From Octopus vulgaris (Eukaryota), in the NCBI GenBank assembly GCA_951406725.2, contig OX597815.1, positions 38,316,001 through 38,380,000 on the forward strand: a stretch of DNA of 64,000 nt, read 5' to 3'. Shown here piece by piece: positions 26,388 through 39,690 of this stretch; position 1 is the stretch's first letter; each line of letters begins with the position of its first letter. The notes beneath the pieces are model-generated. The model made no database searches, was not told the DNA's origin, and saw only the letters and a program-made list of their open reading frames with translations. A program made the position numbers and the translations under genes.

Positions 26388-28935
26388 TCATTATTGTTAT
26401 TGCCTTTGCACCGCTTCTAACGCTGGAGATGTATTGCAGTATCACCTGTTCACTACCAGTGAACTAAGATAACACTTGTTCCATGTACTTCTCGAGACCT
26501 TTACTCACTGTTCTCAGGGTTCCGACAATTATTGGTATCACTACCACCTTTTTCAGCAAACACAACTGCTTTACCTCCCAAGCTAACCTGTCATACCTAT
26601 CGACTTTTCTTTCTTCTTTATCGCATACCTTGTTGTCAGCTGGGCATGCTATATCTATGATCTAGCATAGTTTGCTTTCTTTCTCAATTAAGACTACGTC
26701 TGGCTTTCTATTCTCTATCTCATGGTCACACTGAATCACAAAATCCCATAGGATCTTTGCATTATCATTTTCGATGATGCCTTCGGTTTTGTGGCCGTAC
26801 CAATTATTTGCTCTGTCAAGTCCATTCTTGTTTCAAAGTGTCCAAAGGACAATCCCTGCTATATTGTCGTGCCTTCTCTTATATTCCTTCTGCGCTAGTG
26901 GCGTACATTGGCTGGTAATATGCCATACGGTTTCACCATTTTGTTCACAGATTCTGCACTTATCACTTTCTGATGTGTTGTCTACTCTGTATTTTATGTA
27001 GTTTGTTCTTAGTGCTTGCTCTTGGGCAGCACAGATTAGAGCCTCCATTTCCGGTTTTAAATCACTTTGAGTCATCCACAGCCATCTTTCTCTGTCTATC
27101 TTATCTTCAACATCCCTCTGAAATTGACCATGCATTCTTTATTTACCCATCTATTTTGTTTCAATCGTTTTGAATTGCTTGTACAGTACTTTATCTTTGC
27201 AATCTTTCATCATACACAAGCCTGACCTTCCTACGTCTAATAATAGCGGCTCTGTGACATTTATTACATATCAAGCTATGTTGTTTTCTTCTGCTCTAAT
27301 GCTGTGTTCGCATCCAATAAGTCCTCTTCCTCCGCTTTTTCTTGGGTCATACAGTCTGTCTGTGTCACTTTTTTGGGTGGAGTGTCCCATATCTAGTTAG
27401 TAATTTCCTTGTCTTTCTGTCTAAGCTGTTTAGTTCGTCTACTGTCCATGCGATTACCCCTGTTCCATTCCTAAGGAGTGAAACCGCCCAAGTATTGATA
27501 TCTTCAATCTTATTCCGTCCGTTTAATTTCAACTTAAGGATCAGTCTCAGTCTGCGCAAGAAGCTCCACCTTAAATTTTTCTGTCATTTCTTTCTCCATC
27601 AATTTGTCCATTTCCAAATATCCGCAAGTACTTATAGCCTGTCTCTTCTATCTGCTTCATAACCTCCCCCGACGGTATCGATAGTCCGTTCATACATTTG
27701 ATTTTGCCTCTCTTCAAGACTAACAGACCACACTTTCTCAGTCGGAACTCCATTCTGATATCACCACTGAAAATATACTCCGTATCAACGAGGGAGCCGA
27801 CTTGGGATTCATCTTTACCATAAAGTTTGAGGTCATCCATGCATAACAAATGGTTATCATTTTGTCGGCGAGTTTTGAATACATACCCAGCTTTTATTTT
27901 CCTCAGTATCAGTGTTAGTGGTATCAAGCACAGTACAAAGATCAGTGAGGACATGTAGTCCCCTTGGAAGATGTCCCTCCTGGTTCCTACAGTCCCTAAT
28001 CTTCTTCCGTATGCTGCCAGGTCTGTCCTCCAATTCGCCATATTTTTTTCCAAGCAATCGCTCAACATTCAATGCAGTACCAAACAGGTTCATACATTCC
28101 ATTATCTAAGAGTGTCTGATCACATCGTACGCCTTACGATAGGCGATTCATGACATGGCTAAGTTACTTTTCCTCCTCTTGCAGTCTTTAAGTACAGTTT
28201 TGTCTACCAGGAATAGATCCTTGGCACCTCTGCACTTACGCTTGTTACCCTTCTGCTCATGAGACAGGACTCCATTTTTTCCAGATATTCGTAGATTAAC
28301 TCTGCAAGTATTCCTGTCAATAATTTCCACATAAGTAGCAGACAGGATATCGGCCTGTTATTGTCTACTGCATTGCCTTTTTCGATGTTTTGCAAGAACA
28401 GCACTGTCCTACCCAGTGTCAATCACTCTGGTGTTATTTGGTCGGCATTTAACAAGGCGTTGAGTTGCGCAGCTATTTGTGCATGACGTTCACCAAACCC
28501 TTGATCCAGTAGCCTTGAACTCCATATGGTCCCGGAGCCTTCCAGTTGCTCATCTTTTTGCTGATTTCCTTCACTTCCCTTCCCTAACTGAAATGATTAG
28601 TTCTGCCTGTTTTGGACAGACCACTATTTGTTTCTGTTCTTGCAACCATTCAGTATCCTTCTTGTGCTCCTTCTCTTTGCTCCAGATGTCACTCCAAAAA
28701 CTTTGACTTTCGTTGTTATCTGGTATCAACTTTTCAGCTGTACGCTCTCCTTTTATTTCTTTATAGAATCTCTTCTGATCTACTCTGAATAATCTATTCT
28801 GGTGGTCGCCCTTCATTCTTTGGTCTTATCTTAACATCTTCGCTTTCTTTGCAACGAGGCACTGTTTCAATTCTTTCACTACCACTTTCAGGTCCTTTCT
28901 TTCAATATTATACTTCCTTTTCAGTGCCCTTTATT
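26388..28935 (-). mobile_element. Dong/R4-like non-LTR retrotransposon, 5'-truncated and decayed
   Basis: [35 protein letters not shown]; MHGQF..WLW..DLKPE.EALICAAQEQALRT; CRIC..ETVWHITSQC..RRHD; REL KILWDF..KPDVV..IIDIACP. Confidence 0.92.
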
Positions 28936-29027
28936 TTTGTCCGCTTTTAAGCTCCCCTTTCTCATCATCATCATCATTATTATTAATATTATTATTATTA
29001 TCATCATCATAATCATCATCATCATTA

Positions 29028-29061
<34 letters not shown>

Positions 29062-29104
29062 CATCATTATTGTTGTTGTCGTTGTTGTTGTAATTATTAT
29101 TATT

Positions 29105-29443
29105 GAGTGAGATAGTAGTGCATGCCATCAAAGTGACACTGGGGTAAAATATACGAAGCCCAGTATACCCATCATAACTACCCGTCCGATAAGAGTACAC
29201 CAGATACATGCACCACAACCATATGTGCGCGACATGGTCATCTCATATCAAGATAAACAGCACATGACCTTGCAGGTGGGGCCCAGTTAGAATTTTCTTC
29301 AGGTTGAGTAGCCCATTCCACTCAAGATGTCCCTGAATAAGGGTTGTTTAAGGATGTTGAACAAAATACCCATGCTTCCAAAGGTGAATTATCCAAACCC
29401 CAAAGAATTCCTCTCAGCACATGTCTATGATGCTCCCCCACTT
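29105..29443. mobile_element. Non-coding ~340-bp insert bounded by (ATT)n
   Basis: Discrete GC-richer block between two ATT arrays and between Dong-like LINEs; likely a LINE UTR or non-autonomous partner. Confidence 0.5.
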
Positions 29444-29450
29444 ATTATTA

Positions 29451-29521
<71 letters not shown>

Positions 29522-29524
29522 TTT

Positions 29525-30462
29525 ATTAAGTAGTTTTATTTTTATAGCGTGCTTTCACTTCACTACCGAGCGCAGCTCTGTGTGCCTAGGGTATGTGCTG
29601 TGATTTGTTGTGATGCTCTGATGGTTATTGTATGGAAAGTGTTCTGCGTAGGATGTGTGCAGTGCCTAGTAGTGCAATTTTCTGTATGTTGTATGTGTTT
29701 GTAAGTCCTGGTGTTTTTGTTATGTATTTGTCTGAATATTTTTTTATCATGCCTAATGCACCTACTATGATAGGAATTGTTTCTGTTTTCAGATTCCACA
29801 TTCTGGTTACCTCTATTTCCAGGTCTTTGTATTTTGAGAGTTTCTCCATTTCTTTTAGAGACACGTTGTCATCTGCCGGTATTGATACATCAATTAGAAA
29901 GCATTTTTTTTCTTCATGATCTCTGATAACTATATCTGGTCTGTTGGCCTTAATTTCTCTATCTGTGTGTATCGGCATATCCCAGAGTATGGTTGCTTTC
30001 TCGTTTTCTGTGACCTTTTCTGGTGTGTGCCTATACCATCTTTTTTCTGTTGTTATTCCATAATGTTGGCATAGCTTCCAATGTATGTAGGTTACAACTC
30101 TGTCATGTCTGTGAATATATTCCTTCTTAACCAGGACTGGGCAGCTAGAGATAATATGATTTATTGTTTCTTGTCCATCTCCACATATTCTGCAGTTACT
30201 TGTAATATTTCTTTTCATTACAAGTTTTTGGTAATTTCTGGTGGGGAGGCTTTGGTCTTGTGCTGCAATTAAAAATCCCTCTGTCTCTGCTTTGAGTCCT
30301 GAGCTTCTCAACCATTGCTGGGATTTTTCTTTGTCTATTTCTTTTGCGCTTAGTTTAGTCCAGTATTTACCATGAAGGGGCTTTTCTTGCCATCGTTTTA
30401 TCATGGTTCGTTGCTGTTCTATTTTTAGTTTGGATTTCATTTGTTTTATAGCTTTTGTTGTT
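29525..30462 (-). mobile_element. Young Dong/R4-like LINE 3' fragment
   Basis: Uninterrupted ORF plus short 3' UTR running into (TAA)n. Confidence 0.93.
29625..30440 (-). CDS. C-terminal CCHC + restriction-like endonuclease domain of Dong/R4 ORF (271 aa)
   Basis: PLHGKY, LKAETEGFLIAAQDQ, CRICGDGQETINHIISSC, RHD, ILWD, RPDIVI, LIDVSIP, KLSKYKDL, IPIIVGALG. Confidence 0.9.
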   Translation of the reverse strand: MKSKLKIEQQRTMIKRWQEKPLHGKYWTKLSAKEIDKEKSQQWLRSSGLKAETEGFLIAAQDQSLPTRNYQKLVMKRNITSNCRICGDGQETINHIISSCPVLVKKEYIHRHDRVVTYIHWKLCQHYGITTEKRWYRHTPEKVTENEKATILWDMPIHTDREIKANRPDIVIRDHEEKKCFLIDVSIPADDNVSLKEMEKLSKYKDLEIEVTRMWNLKTETIPIIVGALGMIKKYSDKYITKTPGLTNTYNIQKIALLGTAHILRRTLSIQ

Positions 30463-30518
30463 TCTTCTTCTTCTTCTTCTTCTTCTTCTTATTATTATTA
30501 TTATTATTATTATTATCA

Positions 30519-30594
<76 letters not shown>

Positions 30595-30597
30595 TAC

Positions 30598-30663
<66 letters not shown>

Positions 30664-30681
30664 TACTACTACTACTACTAC

Positions 30682-30740
<59 letters not shown>
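30462..30740. repeat. (TTC)n/(TTA)n microsatellite
   Basis: Directly visible; source of the poly-Y/L/I ORFs. Confidence 0.97.
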
Positions 30741-30743
<3 letters not shown>

Positions 30744-30744
30744 G

Positions 30745-31030
30745 AAAACTAACAGCTTATTTTTGCTTGGCGTGATTTGAAGTGTCAGTTGTCCACAGCC
30801 AGTAGACTAAGGTGACACTTGTTTACTGATAATTCTTCAAGAACCTTGCAAAGAATTCTTGCAGTTCCAAGCAATGCTGAGTTTTTAAGTGTTCTACCTT
30901 CACACTTGTACCGATCTTTTTCAGACATGTAGGTAGTTGAGTGCTGATACTTCCAAGTGCGACAATGACTATTGGTATCATGTGTACTCTCTTCATTGAC
31001 TACAACCTTCGTATTTCTCTCTTTAAATCG
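30745..31030 (-). mobile_element. Dong/R4-like extreme 3' fragment
   Basis: IPIVIVALGSISTQLPTCLKKI..VKVEHL, then ALLGTARILCKVL after a frameshift; flanked by ATT arrays. Confidence 0.8.
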
Positions 31031-31033
31031 TTA

Positions 31034-31101
<68 letters not shown>

Positions 31102-31109
31102 GTTATTAT

Positions 31110-31560
31110 CGTCATTTATGGTTTCATTTCATTATAACTTTATTTCAGCTGACTGTTAATAGTGTTGCGTTAGTTTGTTTTGTTATGGCGTCTAGTTACA
31201 GTCTTTCGTGGGATTAGAGGCCTGCTGGTTGGTGCTTATTTTATTGTATATTCGTTATGTACAGTGTGTCTTATGTTTGTGGATTGTGTTGTATTATTGA
31301 ATTGATAGTGACTTGCGTACGATGTGGGCTATCCCTAGTAGGGCTATTCTTTGGATAGTGTGTCGTGTTGAGGGTCTCACTATAGCTCCTATATTTTTGT
31401 TCATATTGTTTTCATCATGCCCAATGCTCCAATTTTTATTACTAGTTTTGTTTTCCCCTTCATGCCCCAATATTTTGCATACTTGACAAATGTAGTTGTC
31501 AATTTCTCCACTTTTGGGGGCAATATTTTGTAGTTTGCACCATGCATCTTAAAGCTTCGT
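31110..31560 (-). mobile_element. Older Dong/R4-like 3' fragment
   Basis: WGMKGKTKLVIKIGALGMMK resembles the IPIIIGALGMIK end motif; abuts an ATT array. Confidence 0.55.
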
Positions 31561-31599
31561 AGAATCCTAATAGAAACCTTGATCCTCATGCTGCATAGA

Positions 31600-31825
31600 G
31601 ACACAGGATGTCAAAGATGATTAACGGAAACTGGAATACAAGGCAAGTCACATTGTGTTATTAGAAGTGAAACCGAAATTCCAGTGACACCAGATGTTAT
31701 TAAGAAGGAGAATTTCCACGTGATTCGGCAGAAAGCTGTTGGCGCCCCACTTTCTGGCGGATCTTTGAAGGGACTTGTGTTATATCAGATCTATGGGTGA
31801 CATGTATTTGTGCACGTGTATGTGT

Positions 31826-31865
<40 letters not shown>

Positions 31866-32142
31866 GTGTGCGTGTGTGTGTATACCAACTGTATGAGTGC
31901 GTGAGTGTCCGATACGTATATGTGTGTATCTATTATTGCTGTGTGGCTCCGCACGCGTGTAAGCTGACGTGTGGTTGAGAGTTGAAGGCATAAGTGTGCT
32001 GATGCGTACGCACTGTTTGATAGTGTGAGCAGACAATTCGCAGACAGACAATTTCCACACAGCCTCACCCAACACGGAAGCCTGCATCAAGTGCCTGGAG
32101 GAAGTTCTGCTGCTCTGGATCAAGAGTACTTTTTTCCTTACA
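31600..32142 (-). mobile_element. Possible solo LTR
   Basis: Minus strand starts TGTAAGG at ~32141; GC-richer block with a possible polyA-like signal near 31660; other end and TSD not confirmed. Confidence 0.3.
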
Positions 32143-32168
32143 TAATTCACTCACTCATCCGTATATAC

Positions 32169-32215
<47 letters not shown>

Positions 32216-33374
32216 CGTGCGCGCCCGTGTGTGGTGGGTGTCGGTGTTTGTGTATATACGTTTGTGTTTTGTCTCTATATATAATACATACGCATAAAAC
32301 TGGGAGAAAAGCTCGCGAGTGACGCTGTTTCTTCCAGTAACAATAAAAATATTTTAATTGTAATAAACTTATAGAAAGTGGAAAATATTTGCAATATTAA
32401 TTTAGAAAATTGAGAAATTAGTGAAAATTAAGTGAAAACAAAATATTTGACACTTACGTATGTCATCCCAATAATGCCAAAGCAATTACCGAGATGATGC
32501 AAGGAAATTTTATGTGATTTTGTCATTAAATGACAAAACAAAAGGAAAAGAACCTGATCCTGCTTTAATATCAAGCAAGCTTAGATTTGTGTAGGTGAAA
32601 ACTTGTAAAACTTTGTAAAATTGGAGTGAGAGGAGTAGTTCTTAAAAGCATATGGCATAGAAACAGCAAAAAATGAAATTAAAAAGCAAATCTAGATACT
32701 GTGCAACATTAAACTCTAAAGCTATGCAAATCAGGCAAACACCAGACGAAGCGTACGTATTTAATAATTAGCACTGTATATTTATGTATTGTCACGCAAC
32801 CGTGACAGTGGAAGTGGAATATTATCAAATGAATACATGACAACGGAAGAAGCAAAATGAGAATGACAGGAAGCGGCATTTGTCACACCTTTACCTTGTT
32901 TCCTAGTTAATAGAAGAATATATTTAATGGTGAGTGAGTGAGAGAATAAAAATGTAAGCGGGTTCAAATGTAACATATTACCAGTATGTTAAGTAACGTG
33001 GAACGAAAAATAATAGCAATGTTAATATACTGAGAAATAATGTTGGGAAACTAGGAAATAATCATGAAACTCATACGATAATTATATATACAGTTTTCAA
33101 TGCTATGTAATATTTTTGTAAATATATTCTTCTATTAACTAGAAATATTATTTCAAAACTATTTTTAATACTCTCACTAAAATATTCAGTACACCAGTAA
33201 AAATAGTAGAAATAAAAAGCTGTAATTTGAATAGCACTTAGCTTTGGAAGTAACGGTTTTAATATCCTTAAAAGCATCCTTACCAATGTGACCCGTTAGT
33301 TTCGCGGGGTTGTTTGCATTATCAGACATAAAAATGATTGGTAATATTTTAATTTTAATTATTATTGAATAAAG

Positions 33375-33585
33375 GGGCGTGCGATCAGAATCGTTTGCAT
33401 GCCGGGGAAAACGCTTAGCGACGTTTTGTCAGTTTCTACGTTCTCATTTTAAATTTCGGGGAAGTCAACTTTGGCTTTCATCATTTCGGTGTAGATAAAA
33501 TAAGCACCAGTTTAGCAGTGGGTTCGATGAAAAAGATTTAGTCCCTCCAACGAAATTGCTGGCCTTGTGCCAAAATATGAAATCA
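33375..33585 (+). mobile_element. SINE family C, degenerate
   Basis: Diverged match to the family C unit (gtcaactttggctttcatcatttcgg..gataaaataagcaccagtt..ggccttgtgcc); similar relics at 4520-4730 and 53690-53790. Confidence 0.65.
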
Positions 33586-33977
33586 ATATTTTGATACTTT
33601 ATGCAACATAAATAATTTGTAAAGGATTCGAACAGACGTGCCATTTTCTATATGATATTTTACCACAGTTATATACGTGATTTATATAGCGATCGTAAAC
33701 TATGCGTATACATGTAAGGAAGGCTGTAAGCAACAGTTTCGGATCAAACTGAAATTATATTAAAATCGGAAAAATTCCAAGTAAATATGTTTTCATAAAA
33801 AGTTGCCTTTATTGCTCAATGTGAACACTGTTTTCTTCAAAAACTCAAAAGTCACACTGCACAACTTATATTTTCAGTGTACAACACGTTTCGTACTTTC
33901 AGTTTTCGTCTTTCAAATTTGATTCACTTATTTTTCACTTCTGCTTGCCATTCTAACATACGCTGCCATGCAAATAA

Positions 33978-34375
33978 TCTTTATATATAAAAGTAAAGTT
34001 GTGTGAGTGTTTGTCTCCTACGATTTAGATTCCTAACTACTCCCACATTTTGCGGTGCAGTTTAACCAAATTCGGGTATCTTATAGTCGTGATTCATATC
34101 GAGCCCGTCTGGGTATTAGCGCGCGTCTACGATGAGTCTACGAGTTTTAAAAAAAATTACCATCATTTTTTTCCATTTTAATGCATTTTTTCGCTATTAT
34201 ATAAGGGAAGTAACTCTCTAAAAATGTCTACGAGTCAATGATTTAAAAAAAAATTTACCATAATTTTTTTTTCCATTTTTAATGCATCTTTTTGCTATTT
34301 TTTGGCTATAACTCTAAAAATGCTTATAGAGTTATTTCCCTTACAAACCCGAGCAACGCCGGGCGATACTGCTAG
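33978..34375 (+). mobile_element. Non-autonomous Helitron, copy 1
   Basis: A|TC 5' end, subterminal hairpin CCCGagcaacgcCGGG, CTAG|T 3' end, no TSD. Confidence 0.9.
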
Positions 34376-34569
34376 TGCTATATAAAAAATAATTTTAAAC
34401 AAATGACAGAAATATTGTTAAATTATTACAAGAAGAAACTAACTTACTTTCATATAACGGTGTCTTCTAAGTTCCGACCATTCTTTTGAAAGTCACGAAA
34501 GGAAACCCTTGACAATGCCATCCTATACACACACGAAAGATGAGAATACGTCTTCCTTTGTGCACATGT

Positions 34570-34662
34570 GCGCGTGTGTGTGTATGTGTATGTATATGTA
34601 TATGTATATATATATATATGTATATATATATATACATGTATATGTAGATATGAATATACACA

Positions 34663-34748
<86 letters not shown>

Positions 34749-34756
34749 CATGCATA

Positions 34757-34788
<32 letters not shown>

Positions 34789-34811
34789 CATGTATATGTA
34801 GATATGAATAT

Positions 34812-34855
<44 letters not shown>
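34570..34855. repeat. Compound (TA)n/(CA)n microsatellite
   Basis: Directly visible; similar tracts at 15200-15295, 23520-23830, 38305-38490, 41740-41945, 55860-56050. Confidence 0.95.
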
Positions 34856-34856
<1 letters not shown>

Positions 34857-34935
34857 AAATTAGAGAATGGAGAAACATATATTGGATATATATTATCCCA
34901 TGGTGGGTTGAATTTTCAACCCCTATCTCATTTTA

Positions 34936-35330
34936 TCTCTTATTATAAAAGGCAGATTTTATCTGCCTCCCTTTGGGAGTTATACAAATCTACAATATAG
35001 GATTTCTTCAATTACAATTTACCTAGCATTTTTAAGAGTACAATGCATCGCGTCATGCCAGGTCCAGTTTTTAAAATTTAAACTCCAATTAAGCAAAATT
35101 TACAGAAAACTCACATTCTGGTGTGTGTGTCAAATGCTTTTATTAGTCTGGTTTACAGCACACGCAAACGCACACACACAGTGTGCAATGAATAGACTGA
35201 AACTAATTCACTGTGCGTTGACAGGTAGAAAATAGAATGCGATAGCGATGGCTATGGCGATGGCGATGGCTATGGCGATGGCGATGGCGATGGCTATGGC
35301 GATGGCGATGTAATATTTGTTTCTCTCTAT
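34936..35330 (+). mobile_element. Helitron-like 5' fragment with (GGCGAT)n minisatellite
   Basis: A|TCTCTTATTATAAAAG start resembles the neighbouring Helitron 5' ends; hexamer repeat at 35240-35310; no 3' CTRR found. Confidence 0.45.
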
Positions 35331-35715
35331 GACGCTCATAAAAGCATTGATGTACATGTGTGCGTGCGTGAGTGTGTGTGTGTCATTCCTCACACACACG
35401 CATACACATACATATATGAGAGTGGCAAACACAAACGTTTCAAACAACTACATACAAACACGTGTGTGTTTGTTATTAGTAAAAAAAGGCACTAAAACAC
35501 AACTCACTTATCATTCCAACACATTTGCAAAGACACACGGACGGTCGAATAACAATACAGAAAAGGTAAATTGGTTTTTATTTTACTCTGTATATATTTT
35601 ATTATATAATATTATATATAGATATATGTATATATAATTGCAGTATGAAACAGTGTTTATGTATAAACAGACGACACTTATATATAGTTATTAATAAATG
35701 TATGCATCCGTTTAA

Positions 35716-36538
35716 CCCTTTCGTTACCAATCCACCCGAAAAAAATGTTGGCTAATGTGACCAAGCCGCCCGAATTTACCTATTCATATTTAAATGAGAA
35801 TATCAGAGTAAATCTCTTTAGAACATTCGTGAAAACACGTATTATACTTCGTAAACAGTTCAACTACAGTTTTGTACAAAAATCGAAGTGTAATTTTAAT
35901 TCCGTGAATTATGGGAGATTTTTTCCCGAAATTTGTTCCTATTGTGTTTTCAAAATTTGTAATTCTGACAAAAAATGGATACGAATTTCATTATATCAAG
36001 CAGCGAGTCAGAATTCGAAGGATTTTCTACTGAAGACCTTCATAAATCTAACTCTATGACTGAAAAAAAAAAGCATGTGGTATTTGATCTCAACCTAAAC
36101 AAAGCGAAAGAAACGATAGTTTGTTATTTCCCACAACCTTAAATGAAATTAAGGCCTATTTTGCCATCAATATTATTATGGGTATTAGAAAGTTACCCAG
36201 AATAACAAATTCTATCGTAAAATTTTGTTGTATACCCAATTGAATATTAGCTAATAACCCATTTTCTATAGCGATGTTTGAACAAAATTTTAATAATTTT
36301 ATATATTGTTGAATTTACCTGTATCTACCTGCAATTAGAGTCACTTTGTGACAAAAATTATAGTATAGAATTGGTTGAGAACATTTCACTAAATTATCTT
36401 CCAAAAATCAGATTAATATATTCATAAATAAAAAAGTTATAGTTGTTTAATGAAACCAGACTAAATTTATGATTACGTTAGAAATTAATTGAAACACATA
36501 AGGGGTGTATTTTGGTCAGAAATATAGTAACGAAAGGG
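35716..36538. mobile_element. piggyBac-type MITE
   Basis: TTAA-CCCTTTCGTTAC ... GTAACGAAAGGG-TTAA: perfect 12-bp TIR and TTAA target duplication; no transposase. Confidence 0.92.
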
Positions 36539-36647
36539 TTAAGAAAAACTAAAAAATATTTTATTCTTTGTAAATGTGTTCAAAATAACATTTTCTTTTA
36601 AGAATGTGTATATAGCAAAGTATGTGTATATAACTACGTGGCTTATA

Positions 36648-37044
36648 TCTTTATATATAAGAGTGAAGTTGTGTGTCTGTCTCCTACGATTTAGATTCGT
36701 AACTACTCCCACATTTTGCGGTGCAGTTTAACCAAAAGCGGGTATCTTATAGTCGTGATTCATATCCAGCCCTTCTGGGTATTAGCGCGCGTCTACGATG
36801 AGTCTACGATTTAAAAAAAATTTACCATCATATTTTTCCATTTTAATGCATATTTTTCGTTATTATATAAGGGAAGTAACTCTCTAAAAATATCTACGAT
36901 GTGTCAACGATTTAAAAAAAAATTACCTTAATTTTTTTTCAATTTTTAATGCATTTTTTCCCTATTTTTTGGCTATAACTCTCTAAAAATGCTTATAGAG
37001 TTATTTCCCTTACAAACCCGAGCAACGCCGGGCGATACTGCTAG
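36648..37044 (+). mobile_element. Non-autonomous Helitron, copy 2
   Basis: Highly similar to 33978-34375 with the same TC...hairpin...CTAG ends between A and T. Confidence 0.9.
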
Positions 37045-37129
37045 TAGTAATATATATATATATATAATATATTATATATGCATATATACATGCATATATG
37101 TACATACTTACATATATAAATGTATATAC

Positions 37130-37700
37130 CTATGAATATATAGGACCGGACGTCATAAAACGTAAACAACATGAAATAAGAAAACATGGAAAATGAACTT
37201 TTTTATGCGAACAGCGAACAAAACAAATGGAAGCAAGACAAGTGTCATAAGAACGACCCTTCATCAGCTGTTGGCTGTTTATGTACTGTACATTTCGAGC
37301 AATTGCGACAAGATGAACCTTCGAGAAAACAGTTGCTTCCGCAAAGCAAAATAAAATTTGGGATTTGCAGAGGCTCAAAGCAGGACAGTGAAAACAAATA
37401 GTAAGGGCTGCTAAGCCATAACAAGGTGACATGGTCAGCGGTGGAGGAACAAGATTTGACTGGAGAAAAGATAGGAGAGGAGACAGACAAGAATGCGTCT
37501 GATCTGTGTTGCAGATCAAAAGGAAAGAAAGAAGCTCAAGTTAGGAAAAGAGAGATGGTTGATGGTCACGTGTGAGAAACGAGAGAGTAAAGGAGTAAGA
37601 GCGAGAAAGAGAGAAGGGAAGAAAAGAGTACTGCACAAGATAGAGTTGCATCGAAATTATTCAGATAAACTTACTTGGAAATGGATGCGTGGCGTTCAGT
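37130..37700 (-). mobile_element. Probable Penelope-type pLTR remnant between (TA)n tracts
   Basis: TA-flanked; minus strand has GAAA...CTGATGAAGGG motif; no ORF. Confidence 0.35.
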
Positions 37701-37750
<50 letters not shown>

Positions 37751-38492
37751 TAATCAGAGTTAGCGGTTGGAATAACCTTCTAAGTGATAAGACTATCCGT
37801 TCTTACCACCGTATCAATTATTTATGATAACCCTTGTCATGGGTATGCAAGCGCACTATGCTCGTAGGGTACAAGTAATAACAGAATAAAAACAAGTTTA
37901 TCAGAAATCAAATTCATAATAAGCAGAAAACGGAGAAAACTTCTGATCAACAAACTAACAAATTTGACCAACATTGGTTAAAATTATTTTTCAATACAAA
38001 ACATAGCATTGCTTTCGGCCTTTTCGGCTGCCAATGTCAGTCGGTGCCTACAAGGAAAATTCCGAAAATAATATTCGCCATCTTTATAGCACATTCGATC
38101 TCGTACATGGTGGTTCATCAAATACAAATACATAGAATGCAAATACATAAAATAAAAGAAGGTAAAAGGGAAGAGGAAACAAAAGGGCCTCGAGATGATG
38201 CCGAAACGGCCGTAAGCAATGTTATGTTCTGTAATATAAAATAACCGGTGTTGGTCAATTTCTTTGTTGATCAGAAGTTTTCTCCATTTTCTACTTATGT
38301 GTATACGTATGTATGTATGTATGTATGTATGTATGTATGTATGTATGTATGTATGTATGTATGTATGTATGTATATATATGCATGTATATACATATATAT
38401 ATATATGTGTGTGTGTGTGTATATACATAAATGTGTGTGCATATATATATATATACACACATATATGTATGTATGTATGTACTTATATATGT

Positions 38493-39420
38493 ATGCGATG
38501 GTAAGTCAACAATTATATGGGCTCTTGTTTCTGTAATTTATACAAACAAAGGCAGGAGTAGAATAATTACATCATATTCCTCATATTTTGGCAGTTTCCT
38601 TGCTTTTCGTTGCACTTCGAACAGTCCACAATCCTGCTCCTTCTATCGGAGTTTTCTTTAAACTGGCCGCGCGGCCATTTATGCAGCACTTCTTGCATTT
38701 CTTCGTCAGTAACAAATTGGCGATTACATAAGGAAGTTTGAGTAGACCGACGCGTTGATAGTGGTGGGGCGCGACATCTGGGCTGCTTGCAGTCATAATC
38801 CAATTTTTCAATGTTTCCAACGATGTGGGTACCTGTATGTGGGCGTTAATTGTTGTGCAACAATAACACTTTAACAATAGACCTCGGTGTTTAGTGCAAA
38901 TTGCCGGTTTCGTTTTGTTGGCCTGCATTTCTCTGTAGCCTAAACTGTTGCCTGTAGACCCCTTTTCCAGGTAATTTTCCAGTAGTATAGGCCTTTTTGC
39001 GTCCGCTAAAATGGTTAGAATTACTTTTTCTGCGGAAGACTTGGCCTTGAATGACTTTATCGCAGGTGATTCCGTTTTATTTCACTCCATACACTGGCTT
39101 TTGGATTCTGGCTCAAAATGATGAACCTGGTACCCATCTCCTGTTTGTAGTCTTGCTCCAAATTACTTAACAAATCTCCACATTATGGTATTTATGCACT
39201 TCGGTAGCCTGTCTTGGGATCCATCACGTACAGACTTTCCGTTACATCAGAACAATTGGATCACTGGTTTCTGTGCTTCATCAGTGCATACAACCAGCGG
39301 AGCGACCATGTTTACGCTTTAACACATGAAAGAACACCGGAGTGATCAAGATCAAACCACGCTTACGTAACCATATGAATATCACCTTTTAGCACGTGAG
39401 CATGTAAAAATGTAAAATCA
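38493..39420 (-). mobile_element. Decayed mariner transposon
   Basis: TGDGYQVHHFEPESK (TGDETW-like), SSPDVAPHHY..GLLK (YSPDLAP-like), EEMQEVLHKW, KCNEKQGN; TIR-like gcgatggtaagtcaacaattat at ~38495. Confidence 0.75.
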
Positions 39421-39454
39421 TTTCTTACGTATTAGCAAAGCGTTTCATAATAAT

Positions 39455-39690
39455 ACCTATTTCTTTACTAACCACAAGGGGCTAAACATAGAGGAGACAA
39501 ACAAGGACAGACAAACGCATTAAGTCGATTATATTGACCCCAGTGCGTAACTGGTACTTAATTTATTGACCCCGAAAGGATGAAAGGCAAAGTCGACCTC
39601 GGCGGAATTTGAACTCAGAACGTAGCGGCAGACGAAATTGTGCTAAGCATTTTGCCCGGCGTGCTAATGTTTCTGCCAGTGTCCGCCTTT
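39455..39690 (-). mobile_element. SINE family C, single unit
   Basis: Reverse complement of the family C head and unit. Confidence 0.9.
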
